Assembly (NCBI GenBank): GCA_013239625.1
Contig: MU054391.1
Coordinates: 8,217,095-8,281,094 of the forward strand
DNA: 64,000 nt
Origin: Lama guanicoe
Taxonomy: Eukaryota
Direction of reading: 5' to 3'
Positions 37,976-50,053 of the stretch are shown here, in pieces. How positions within the stretch are numbered: position 1 is the stretch's first letter; each line of letters begins with the position of its first letter. Under the pieces are notes generated by a model. The model worked only from the letters and a program-made list of their open reading frames with translations, searched no databases and was not told the DNA's origin. The position numbers and the translations under genes are program-made.

Positions 37976-39504
37976 TCTATAAAATTTCCTAATTCATCCC
38001 ATAATTTGCCACCTATATTTTTTATTTCTATATTTGTTTCACTCTTATAAAATTGAAAATTATTCAATTATTTGTGTTTGGATTATCAATTTGACCCAAT
38101 TCAGTCATATTAATTTCCTCTTTAAATGGATAGCAATATTAAGTATTTATTCAATGGAATCAAACACATTCATAGATATTAATGTAATTTTAATGAAAAC
38201 TCTCTTAATTCTCTTATAAATTTAATTCACTAATTATTCTACCCAGTAAGACATACCTGTGGATTTTTTATGCCACACAGAAATATCAACAGATATTATT
38301 TTTTTAGGTATTTCTATTTAGATCATTCTATGAAAAAAGACTAGGAGTAAAAAGAACTTCAAATTAACTACTGGAAATAAATAGCATTAATGTGCAAAAC
38401 ATCAAGCCACTAAGAGTTGACTGATCTAAATCTAAAGACAATTTAAAGCATGAGATTTTAATGTTAAAAGAACTAGAGAAATCTGGTTAATGCTTATTTT
38501 CTTCATTTTGCAGATAGAAAAAGCCAACATTTAGGTGATCTAAATATGACTATTCCAGTATCAACAAATTAATGATACTGATAGGAACAAAGCTCTGACT
38601 CTGAAGTCTGTGATCTTTGCACCACACTATTTTCCATGGATTTTTTCCCTCCCAAGACATGTCTAATGAAGAAGTTTTAATATAAGTCATAAAAATGTAT
38701 ATGTTTTCTAAAACCTTCAACCTACGCCTAAATTAGGATCACTAGAAAGAACAAAACACAATGTGATTGTTACCTCTGTCCATTCTTGGTAAGAATCACT
38801 ACAATGCTCAGTCTAACTTCAATAAATGTAATGCAGGATTTATCCATACATTATCTCCACTGCCTGCTTCTCTCAGACTGAGGCATCTGGGAAGATCTCC
38901 ACCTGTGTCTTATCTCTACAATCATCCTCCTTCTTTTATGAACTCTTAACATTATATTGAAACAATGGTTTGTTTCTTCTTTTCCTTGTATGTATGTTGC
39001 ATACGACTTGGCATTTGCTGCATGCAAAGCACTCTAAGTGCTGCATCTCAAAGAGTGAATTAGCAGATGTGTATCCTGCCCTTATGGACCTGGCCATCCC
39101 GCAGGACAAACTGTATTCATATAGATCATTACATAATTGATTAGTTGGTCATATCATTAATAAGATCCATAAAATAACAGCGTAGCATACACCAGATTTT
39201 ATACCTGGAGGTTGGATAATAATTTAGAGGAAGTAGGGCAGGAAATGCTCTGAGGATATGATATTTTGGAGGACTTGAAAGTTAACGGTAGGCTAGAGGG
39301 AGAATGAAAGAGAAGTACGCAGAAGACCTTGGATTCAAGGTCCTTGAAGCACTAGAGGAATGCAAGGGGGCCAAGAACACCAGAGTTAACCGGAGGGTGA
39401 GAAGGGAGATGTGCTGAATGAAAGTGGTAAGAAATTGCAGAAGGTCCTTAATCTCCTCCCTACGTAAAGGATTTTGGATTTGATGTAAGAGCAGTTTAAA
39501 GTTT

Positions 39505-39754
39505 TAGATTTGCAAATGTTAGCCACTATCTATAAAAATAGATTTAAACCAACAAATTTTTCTGTATAGCACAGGGAACTATATTCAATACCTTGTAATA
39601 ACCTTTAATGACAAAGAATATGAAAATTAATATATATGTATATGCGTGACTGAGACACTGTGCTGGTCACCAGAAATTGACACATTGTAAGCGACTGTAC
39701 TTCAACAACAACAAAAAAGTTCAACCTACAGAACCTCAAAATAAATAAATAAAT
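39505..39754 (+). mobile_element. Short L1 3' UTR insertion (same family as 23786-24091) with a double tail
   Basis: Aligns by eye with 23888-24085; flanked by aaagttt (39498-39504 / 39755-39761) after TT. Confidence 0.85.
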
Positions 39755-42349
39755 AAAGTTTGATCCAGTGTAGTGTTTGACGTGTTGATCTGGAAAAGGC
39801 ATGATCAGACTTTTTCTTCCTCTTTAGAGTACTGTTTTCTTCCCACATGGGTTAAATTTGAACTGGGAGAAAAAATAAACTGGAGAGGGATGTTATTTAG
39901 GGACAACACCTCCACTCTACAAGTTCCTATTGTTCTGCTATGCTTTTTGTCTTCAGCTCTTTTTTTTCCCCCACTTATCTTCACAATTTCCATATTCTCA
40001 TCATTTTATTATATTAGTACACTTTTTCAATCTACTTGAATTAAGTTCTAAGTGTTCTATCATGTGAATAAATAAACACAAGTTTTATTTTGATTTATCT
40101 GTGATCTTGGAATTGTATCATTCTAAACACATACAGACACTGCGGACTGAATGTCTCTGTTTGAATATCTAAAAGATCTCTCAAAGGGACTGTATGCAAA
40201 ACCAAACTCTTGATTCCTTCCTTCCCTCCAAAGTTGCTTTTCTAAATTTTTCCCCATCTCAGGAAATGCTAATTCCATCCTATCAATTGCTCAAGTTAAA
40301 TCTCTTGCGGGCCTCACAATGTTTTTTTTTTTTTTCCTGCTTTTCAAAAGCATCAAAAAGTTCTGTCAGCTCTAACTCTGATACATATTCAGAACCTTAT
40401 TTCCCACCATCATTTTTACTGCCACCTATGTGTCTTGCCTGACTAGTTTATCACAATACTCTTCCTACTAGTCTTCCCTTGGACGTAGACAAATATCGGG
40501 CAAATACTGACAAAAAGCAACTACATGACACTCTTCTTTTGCTCTCCCAGACACATGATCTATGGTCAGAGGTTAACCAATTTGCTCATAATACATATAA
40601 AGTTAGTAACAGGGGCAAGACTCTACTTTTGTAGTCTTTGAACTTTATCATATTTCCATTAAAAAAAAAAACCTGGCCACATTAATAGTGGAAACTAGAC
40701 AGGGAAATATTAAATGAGGCTATTGCCTAATGCTTATTTTTCAATTTAATGAAATTCAAGACAGTGAAGAGTTATGATCTCACCAACTTTTCTTTCTCTT
40801 CTGACTGCCCTGTTCAGTGGGGTTAGATGACCTAAAATAGATTTTTGCCATGTTTTATGGTTTTCTGTGATTTATGATATATCCTGACTATATGTAATCC
40901 ATTTTTCTTTAAAATTATTGATTAATATAGGCCAAATTAATGTGCCATGCAAATTGACAATCATATTTGATGAAATGTTCTAGACTTCCAGAGAGGTATT
41001 TTTGCTTCTGAATAATTAGATTCATTTAGGATTCAAGAGAATGTGATTGCAGCAAAATGAATTTTTCTCATAATTTTGATGGCAAGAAAGAGTTACAATT
41101 TATGGTATCTTCTATCTTAATTCTACCTGATTTCAGATGTCCATAGTCTCCTAAATCTTGAATTGAATGGTGACATTTGAATGATTAAAGGTAAATTTTA
41201 ATGGGACTATAGAGTTAAATGAATCATATATTTCCAAGGCAATGATTATAGATTAAGAAGACAGATTTTAACTGACAGTTTTGAGCTCTTTTGTCTACAA
41301 AGCAGTTTTTAGCAACATTTCTTAATTTCTAAGTCTGATTCCTTTTCTGTAGAATCTGTATCCTAACATGTGCTGTGAATTTTAAATAGACATTATATGT
41401 AAATTGCATTGCACAGTGTGATGCATAAAGTGGTTGCTCAATCTGTGGTAATTATCAATATCAGTAGTATTTAGAAGGAAATAAAACTGAAATGCTCTTG
41501 AAAATATTGAAAAGGTATCTTGCTACACAACAAAAATCATAATGAACCCAATAGTAAATTTGTTCTTTTCTCTCTATTTTTCCTTTTCTGCCTATTGTGT
41601 AATTCGACCTTTGGTGCTACCTATCTTATGCAGGAGCCTCCTTATTCGAAAGTGGACTGCGGCATCTTATCAAAGTGCCTGTCACATGATAGGTAACCAA
41701 GAAATATTTTTACATGGAAAATTTCAAATGATACGCCTTGGGCTGATTTTTAGTTTTTTTCATATTGTCATTTCACTGGATTTAAATCCTGTGAATCCTA
41801 TCTTCATACTGACCTTTAGCTTCATCCTTATTGCTTGCTTTCTATTCTAATTCCTCTATGTCTTTTAATGATAAACAATGATGTACATGTGGTGAATAAC
41901 TGGAACCTGAGACCAGAGTGTCTTCAGAAGGTTCTACCAGCTGCAAGACAGGCAAGTTACTGGACCATTCTGTGCTGTGTTTAATCATTACACCTGTGTT
42001 ATGAGTGTGTCATGAGGAATAAATGCATATAAATTGATCTTTTGTACATCATACCTTACCTAAAAATAAACATTCAATAAATTATAGTTATTACTGCTAT
42101 TTAATTGCACCATTGTAATACTTTATTTCCCTGAATCTAGGTCCTCCTGAAAGATTCAATCCCATTAGCAATTTGCTCATTCTTTCCTTCAAGGACATGC
42201 TGATTTATTATAATTCAGATTTTGTGATGGGTCCTGTATTCACAAATCTGAATGGCCTATGATTCCTGCTGCTCAAAGACTTCACAGTATTGAGCACAAG
42301 CAAAATTATTGGAGATAAATATTTGTAACAACTTCCTCAAAAACAAACA

Positions 42350-42791
42350 TTAACATCAGCCAGAGGAAGAAATGCATGAGGCAGGCCCAGGAGATGGACC
42401 AGACACAGAACTTCCATCCTTCCCCTGCTGCCCTCCTGGCATCAGCGTGTGAGAGGACTGCCAACCACGGAGGCTTACTTGTGCCTCCAGTTCAGAATCT
42501 TTACTGGAGTTTCATCATGTGGACCTGACTGATTGACTGAGTGACGTGTATGTGGTTGGGATCTCAGTCTCTAGATTGATTGATACTTCAGTACTTAAAG
42601 CTACTTCTCTACAGCATGCCTTTGGTCTTTCTGGCATACCCACCATCACTCTCAGGCATGGTCCGCCCCTACTCTAAACATGCTGTCACCATCCACTTAC
42701 TCCAAGGCTCGCAGACAAGCAACGACTGCCTCCCAGCAGGCAAGGGTAAAGGCTAGGCTTCCTTTGGGGCAATGAAATTCTTTGCAGCACA
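42350..42791. mobile_element. MER77/MER21-like ERVL LTR fragment
   Basis: 'cagccagaggaagaaatgcatgaggcagg', 'tgccaaccacggaggcttac', 'ttcctttggggcaatgaaattctttgcagcaca'. Confidence 0.65.
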
Positions 42792-43008
42792 GGCTCTCAT
42801 ATCAAACACTTAAAATAAACATATTTTATCAAAGCAGATCACTCTATTTCCTGAAGTGTCTCCGTTCTCATAATACAATTTCAGCCAAGTCATAGTCCAC
42901 AGAACAGGGGGTCACGAATAGATCTGAAAAATACACTGCAGATAAGGAAAGTATGATTTAGAGAGATGAGGCCTTTCATTGCAGCTTGAGGATTTCTGCT
43001 GTATTTCA

Positions 43009-43030
43009 TTCTCTCTCTCTCTCTCTCTCT
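43009..43030. repeat. (CT)n microsatellite
   Basis: Direct reading. Confidence 0.9.
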
Positions 43031-45323
43031 GTGTCATTCTTCTTTCTTATACCATTAAGAAGTTTTTTCCTTATTAATAATGCTCATCTTTCTTAAAAGT
43101 ATTACTCACTTTGAAAACTTCTGGTGATCGTTACATAACATTAAAAGAGCCCAAGTATGTTCTTGAATTTTCCTTAGCATATTTCCTCAAGCATATTTTG
43201 CTAGATTAATGTGAGGCTGGAGTTATCCTTGTTTGTGGATGATCTCTGTTTTCTCTGTATCTGTCCATTCGGGCATTTTCAATACCATATAGGAACTACT
43301 CATTTAGCCAGGCTGGATATGAGCTTTTGGATAAATCTGTGCACAGGGCATTGGCTTCCACTGATTAGACTGAGTACCACTGTGTTTGAGTGTAATTGTC
43401 TATGTAGGGAGGAGAATGCGAGAGCAGCTGCTCCGGAAACCTAGAAGTAGTAGCATTTATCGATATCCACCCACTGCTGGATGCTGTGCATTCTAACGTG
43501 GTTGCTATAAAAACAGGAGGTGTGATCCTTTTATTCCCAGTTTGGTGTACAAAGATTACATATCTACACTTTTGAAGCATGGCTATTTATTTAAAAGTAA
43601 GTTTAGCAGGCATTTTTCATAAAGAAAAGTCTAATTTATGATTTAATCACCTTTAGAAGTTATTTTTGAAATTAGTGGACTTTGGATGAAAGGTAGAATT
43701 ATGCAGTGCCAAAATGGTTTCTCCTGAGCTGCTCTGTATTTTTCTTTAAAACGAGGACAGATTTTTAGATGAATTGCTCTTTCCTTAGGCCACTCCAGAG
43801 GGTCTTTTCTTTTTTCTTTTTTTTTGCTCCCAACATTGCTGAATATTGCACATTCATGGCAGTGCTTCTCAACCTTTTCTCAATTTCTCACTGAAATACT
43901 GCTACACTTTGGTGATTTTAGGACTCCAGTATGTACTTCGTGTCAAATTATATCAATGCAATGAAGTTAGACACATTCATCAAAAGTTTTAAGAATATCA
44001 GCACAGTAAAGGTAAGTCATGAATTTAAATTTGTGATTAAATATTATCAGAGGAGCCAAATGGTATTTCCAGTTAATAATCCTCAGGAAGAATTTCCAAT
44101 AGACAAGTTGTAGGAGGCTGCATGATGAATGAAAGGACCTGTTCAAGTTTAAGGTCCAACAGTTACAAAGTATATGAATTGGACAAATGAATTACTACAT
44201 TCTCAAAGCTAACTGCAATAGGAAATAGCTCTTTTCATAATACTTACAGTGTTATTTCAAGGCTTGTGATAAAAATGAATAAATGTTTGTGAAGTAATTT
44301 GAAAATGCTAAATATTGTATTTCTATTTTAATTATTTCAGCACAATTTCCCTTGATTTCACAATGATGAGTTCTATGAATAAAGATGGATTTAAATTGGG
44401 TAGGACAGTCTAACTGGTTTAGTTCATTGCTTATAAAACTAATAATAATATTAAATATTCACTGAATCAAGTGATGAATAATGGTGAATGTGTTCTTAAA
44501 GAATGACAATCAGTGATTGATTTAATGTTTACTACCTTTGACCACAGAGAAATACGTAAGAAATGACTGCACGAAACATTAATAATTTTCATCTTAGATA
44601 TATTGATGATGCAAAAATTTCATTGTAAATCATTGCATCATAAATTCTAAACAACATTTTCAATCATGGTCTTACATAAGAACAGAAGAGTTATGATTAA
44701 GAAAGTTTAAAAACTGGCAAGATTCATTTTATTCTTTAAGTGGACAGGTTCTTTGGGGTTAATGACCACATGTATATAAAGTGGAAAGTTGACCTTTCTT
44801 CAAAATCTCACTGCGGAAAGCATTTCTGTAGAGGGTTGGCCTTAAGGAGACCAATCATCACTAAAAGGTTACTTGGAGAGCAGCATTTAAACAATGATCT
44901 GCGCTAGACCAATGCTGATCTTCAAGTAAAGAGTGAAATAGAAAGGGACATAGTTGGAAATAAAGAAGAGTTACCAGGGTAAAGGGCAGGTGAGTGCGAT
45001 AGAGTTTGATAAAAACAGAGAAATAGAGCAGCATTTCTCTCCTGAAGTGGGCTCCTTTTTACCTGTATCTTAAACCACCACTTCTTTATTAACCATCCCA
45101 TAGCTCTTTTCCAGTTCTCTCGGGAGCTCTTCATCTGGGCATAGAATTACAGAGCCACAGACACTTCATATATTTCCAACACTGATATCACCATCTTGCT
45201 CCCACAAACCTACTATCCATCCTGTATTATCTAGATCTATAAATGTCACCAGTTATTTACTCAATAAGTATTTAATCGATAAACTAATATGTTACAGGCA
45301 CTCTGGGAAGCTTATAGAAAGAC

Positions 45324-45420
45324 AGAAAGAAAGAAAAGAAAAGAAAGAAAGAAAGAAAGAAAGGAAGGAAGGAAGGAAAGAAGGAAGGAGGGAAGGAAGG
45401 AGGGAGGGAAGGAAGGAAGA
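45324..45420. repeat. (GAAA)n-(GGAA)n compound polypurine microsatellite
   Basis: About 97 consecutive purines on the + strand. Confidence 0.95.
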
Positions 45421-46167
45421 TGAATTTGCAAGTACAGCATGGTGTAATACAGGGTTTTGGAAGGCCATGGAAAAGTCAGAAGTCAGGAAGTCATTTTATT
45501 TTCCTTATTTTCATTACTCCAAGCATCTGATTAGGCAAGACGTTCTACTAATATTTGTTCATTAAACAAAGACACACACAGCTCTGGCATTAAAGTGTCC
45601 ACCTCCTTGTGCCATTTGTCATCATTTCTTTCAGGTTACCATTGATTCCTTACACCTAGGTTGTTACAAAAACGTCAACACTGGCCACTGTTTTTTTTTT
45701 TTTTCCTTAAATCTTACAAATATCTGTTACCCAATGTCTTACTGTTGAAATAATCTTTCCATTGTGCAAATATAATCATGCCCCAATGCTGCTTTAAATT
45801 ATTAAATGATTCTCTATCAACAGGATTACGCTTTAGATTCATTGGTCAGACAAATCAAGGTCCTGCCTACCTAATTAGTATTAACTCTTGCCTCTCAGTT
45901 CCCCATGTATATTTTACAGCCATGTCAAGCTACTTGCTCGAAAACACAGAAGTACTTCTCCATATCTTGGATTTTGCTTATGTTTTTTTTTTTTCCTCTC
46001 TGCTCAAAATTCCACCTTCAGGTTGTACATCTGGGGAAAAATGTGTTCGACTTCAAGTCTCAGGTCAGCCTTTGCATTTGAAGCCTTCCCATGTTCTACC
46101 AGGCAAATCATTCTACTGCTTCCTCTGCGCTATTTCCTACGTGGTCACTGCCTTTTCTACATTTCTT

Positions 46168-47807
46168 CTTTTTTTTTTTTCTTCTTTTTTTTTCTTCTCT
46201 TTCCCCTTCTTAACATTTTTTATTGATTTATAATCATTTTACAATGTTGTGTCAAATTCCAGTGTTCAGCACAATTTTTCAGTCATTCATGGACATATAC
46301 ACACTCATTGTCACATTTTTTTCTCTGTGATTTATCATAACATTTTGTGTATATTTCCCTGTGCTATACAGTGTAATCTTGTTTATCTATTCTACAATTT
46401 TGAAATCCCAGTCTATCCCTTCCCACCCTCTGCCCCCCCGGTAACCACAAGTCTGTATTCTCTGTCCATGAGTCTATTTCTGTCCTGTATTTATGCTTTG
46501 TTTTTGTTTGTTTGTTTTTGTTTGTTTGTTTTTGTTTTTGTTTTTTAGATTCCACATATCAGCGATCTCATATGGTATTTTTCTTTCTCTTTCTGGCTTA
46601 CTTCACTTAGAATGACATTCTCTAGGAGCATCCATGTTGCTGCAAATGGCGTTATGTTGTCGGTTTTTATGGCTGAGTAGTATTCCATTGTATAAATATA
46701 CCACTTCTTCTTTATCCAGTCACCTGTTGATGGACATTTAGGCTGTTTCCATGTTTTGGCTATTGTAAATAGTGCTGCTATGAACATTGGGGTGCAGGTG
46801 TCATCCTGAAGTAGATTTCCTTCTGGATACAAGCCCAGGAGTGGGATTCCTGGGTCATATGGTAAGTCTATTCCTAGTCTTTTGAGGAATCTCCACACTG
46901 TTTTCCATAGTGGCTGCACCAAACTGCATTCCCACCAGCAGTGTAGGAGGGTTCCCCTTTCTCCACAGCCTCTCCAGCATTTGTCATTTGTGGATTTTTG
47001 AATGACGGCCATTCTGACTGGTGTGAGGTGATACCTCATTGTAGTTTTGATTTGCATTTCTCTGATAATTAGTGATATTGAGCATTTTTTCATGTGCTTT
47101 TTGATCATTTGTATGTCTTCCTTGGAGAATTGCTTGTTTAGGTCTTCTGCCCATTTTTGGATTGGGTTGTTTATTTTTTTCTTATTGAGTCGTATGAGCT
47201 GCTTATATATTTTGGAGATCAAGCCTTTGTTGGTTTCACTTGCAAAAATTTTCTCCCATTCCGTAGGTTTTCTTCTTGTTTTATTTCTGGTTTCCTTTGC
47301 TCTGCAGAAGCTTGTAAGTTTCATTAGGTCCCATTTGTTTATTCTTGCTTTTATTTCTTCTAGGAGAAAATTTTTGAAATGTATGTCAGATAATGTTTTG
47401 CCTATGTTTTCCTCTAGGAGGTTTATTGTATCTTGTCTTATGTTTAAGTCTTTAATCCATTTTGAGTTGATTTTTGTATATGGTGTAAGGGTGTGTTCTA
47501 GCTTCATTGTTTTACATGCTGCTGTCCAGTTTTCCCAACACCATTTGCTGAAGAGACTGTCTTTATTCCATTGTATATTCTTGCCTCCTTTGTCGAAGAT
47601 GAGTTGACCAAAAGTTTGTGGGTTCATTTCTGGGCTCTCTATTCTGTTCCATTGGTCTATATGTCTGTTTTGGTACCAATACCATGCTGTCTTGATGACT
47701 GTAGCTCTATAGTATTGTCTGAAGTCTGGGAGAGTTATTCCTCCAGCCTCTTTCTTTCTTTTCAGTAATGCTTTAGCAATTCTAGGTCTTTGATGGTTCC
47801 ATATAAA
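46168..47807 (-). mobile_element. Young 5'-truncated LINE-1 (about 1.6 kb: ORF2 C-terminal part, 3' UTR, A/G tail)
   Basis: Perfect 12-bp TSD tctacatttctt (46156-46167 / 47808-47819); TT|AAGA site on the minus strand; T-rich tail 46168-46210. Confidence 0.98.
46545..47807 (-). pseudogene. L1 ORF2p C-terminal fragment (about 420 codons, open to the native stop; no EN or RT core)
   Basis: Frame open from [12 protein letters not shown] to ...MRSLICGI*; intact CCHC-like motif [18 protein letters not shown]. Confidence 0.97.
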
Positions 47808-49833
47808 TCTACATTTCTTAAGGAACGAAAGAAGCCTTCATTGCTTTGTCTGCAAAGCAGCCTATGTAATGATTAATTTATTTTCTTATTTCCACTTACT
47901 TCTGCTCTTGTCCAAAATGCATTTGAGGTGACTAACTTTTGCATCTTTGGAAGTCAAGAACTATATATACCATTATTTTTGTATCACTACTAGTTCCTAG
48001 CACAGTGCTCAACAGATTTAAGAGGCAAATAAAACATTTTTGAAATGAGACAGAAAAAAAAAAGGAAAACAGATTGAAAAAAGAGCTTCAGCGTTAAGCG
48101 AATCAACAACACTTTAAGTACATTAATAACCCAAGAGATAACAATAACTGAATGCTTATCACATGGTTTCCCTCAAAAGCAACTGAGATCATAGGGCTGA
48201 GATTTGAATAGGAGCAGCCTGATTTGAGTAACATAAATTAAAATACATATATGACTGCATGTCTAATATATACACACACATACATGCATCAGATGTAGCA
48301 GATAAAATCTCAAGTGGCCTTTACTTGGTCTGGTCTAGTTTTTGTTTTTGTTTTTATTTTTGTTTTGACATTGGTCTAATTTCCTTGGAAAGTATATATG
48401 TATAAGTTACTAATTAAACCTAAATGCTCATCTTTGATTTTAAAAAAAGGTAAAAAAAAAATGAGGGAAAGCCACAAAAGGAAATCACCATGCAATGTGA
48501 ACTGTAATTTTCCAGGGATCTCCTGACACCTTGCCTTTGTAATTTTAATCCATCTTCCTAATAAACCTGTGAGGGAGGAACCACGACTCCCATTTCACAG
48601 ACGGAAGCACGGCCAGGGCCTCAATAAGGATTCCTACCTGGCGCTAACGGATATTTAGTGGACCAGAAAACACCTATTGGTCTAAGGCATTGGGACATAA
48701 GAAAAGTCAGTCACTGTTAAGTGAATTAAGAAACCCAAGTTGTTGGAGGAGAAACTGTTTTAAGAAAGTTTTACAGACTATCCAACAGCTTTTACCATGT
48801 ATTCATTTTATTCCCCAGTGAAAGGAATCAGAGTTCAGCAAATTAAGTATTCTGATTGGTTGCACATTCCTGGATGATTTATGAGTATCTTTGAAGAAAT
48901 AATACGGCATCTTTCTGAATCCAATAATAGACACATGTTTCATCTTGATTACCTAAATTGATTCTACCGAGAAGGAATAAAAATGACTATAATAAGCTGA
49001 CTACCCAATGCAGCCATAAATCCCTGGCCCAGCCATAATGCAGAACCAACCAGGGAAGCACCATTCTTTACATCCTAAAAATACTGGAATGGAAAAAGAA
49101 CATTATTTTCCTCTCTCTCTCATGTGGCCTGGTAAGGAATGCGTGTGACAGGATCTACTACCTTTGTGCTTTAGGGACTGGTCACCTAGTCAGGGAGTAT
49201 TTACAGACTCCTTCGTGGTGCTAAGCCCTGTGCGAACATTTGGGAAATGGGAGCCAATAAGCAACGTTCTTTCTGTCTGGGAGGCTTGCAGTTTAGAGAA
49301 GGAGAAAGGAAGTTAGGAAATAAAACAGTGTTAAGTAGCAATGGGGCTAAGTCCAAGTACTGTGAAAACAAAGATCAGTAAGCCAGTGAAGGAGCCTCTT
49401 ACTTATCTCTCACAAGGCACCATGCTTTCCAAGGTGTCTTCCATTCACTTACTTTGATTCTTAGAGCAACATAATGCAAGGTGAGAATAATTATCCCAAC
49501 TTGCAAATAAGGTTATGGGCACTTAGATCAGCTGGCACAAAGTCACAGAGAACAAAGTGGAGAAGCCAGAATTTGCAACCACTTCCACGATGCTTCAAAA
49601 ATTGATTTTTAGGGGCGCCTTTCAAGAGCTGAATCGTGAATCTCTCACACTTCACAATGCACTTTTCCACATTACAACAGTGTCCTTTTAGTGTTGTTAT
49701 TTTGATACCAGCTCCTCTACTCCACAGCTTTGTAACTCTGGCCATGTCACTAAGTATCTCTATGCTTCAGTATTCTCATTTGTAAAATCTCATAGTGCTG
49801 TTATACGGAATAAATGAGCTATGTATTATACAT

Positions 49834-50053
49834 CAGAGGTTGGCAAATATTTTCCATAAAGAGCCAGGTAGTAAATACTTCAGGTTTGCAGGTAATGTCA
49901 TGTCTGTAATGACAATTCAGATCTATAATGGTAGCATGAAAGTGGAACAACCAAAATGCAAATTATTAAGTTTTTCTGCAAATAAAAAGCTTTACTTGCA
50001 AAAACAGGTAGAAGGCAAGATTTAGCCTGAGGGCCTTAGTTTGTCGACTTATG
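49834..50053 (-). mobile_element. MER58A-like hAT MITE nested in a MIR
   Basis: Terminal inverted repeats 'cagaggttggcaaa' / 'tttgtcgacttatg'; internal 'agccaggtagtaaatacttcaggtttgcagg', 'aaaaacaggtagaaggcaagatttagcc'; MIR text on both sides. Confidence 0.8.

Noticed and set aside
32874..46167. Completed inversion between the two inverted L1s
   Set aside because: Each L1 retains its own matching TSD on both sides; a single crossover would have swapped the inner flanks.
45778..46548. 151-, 112- and 99-aa ORFs
   Set aside because: They run through L2 sequence, the L1 poly-T tail and the antisense 3' UTR; low complexity.
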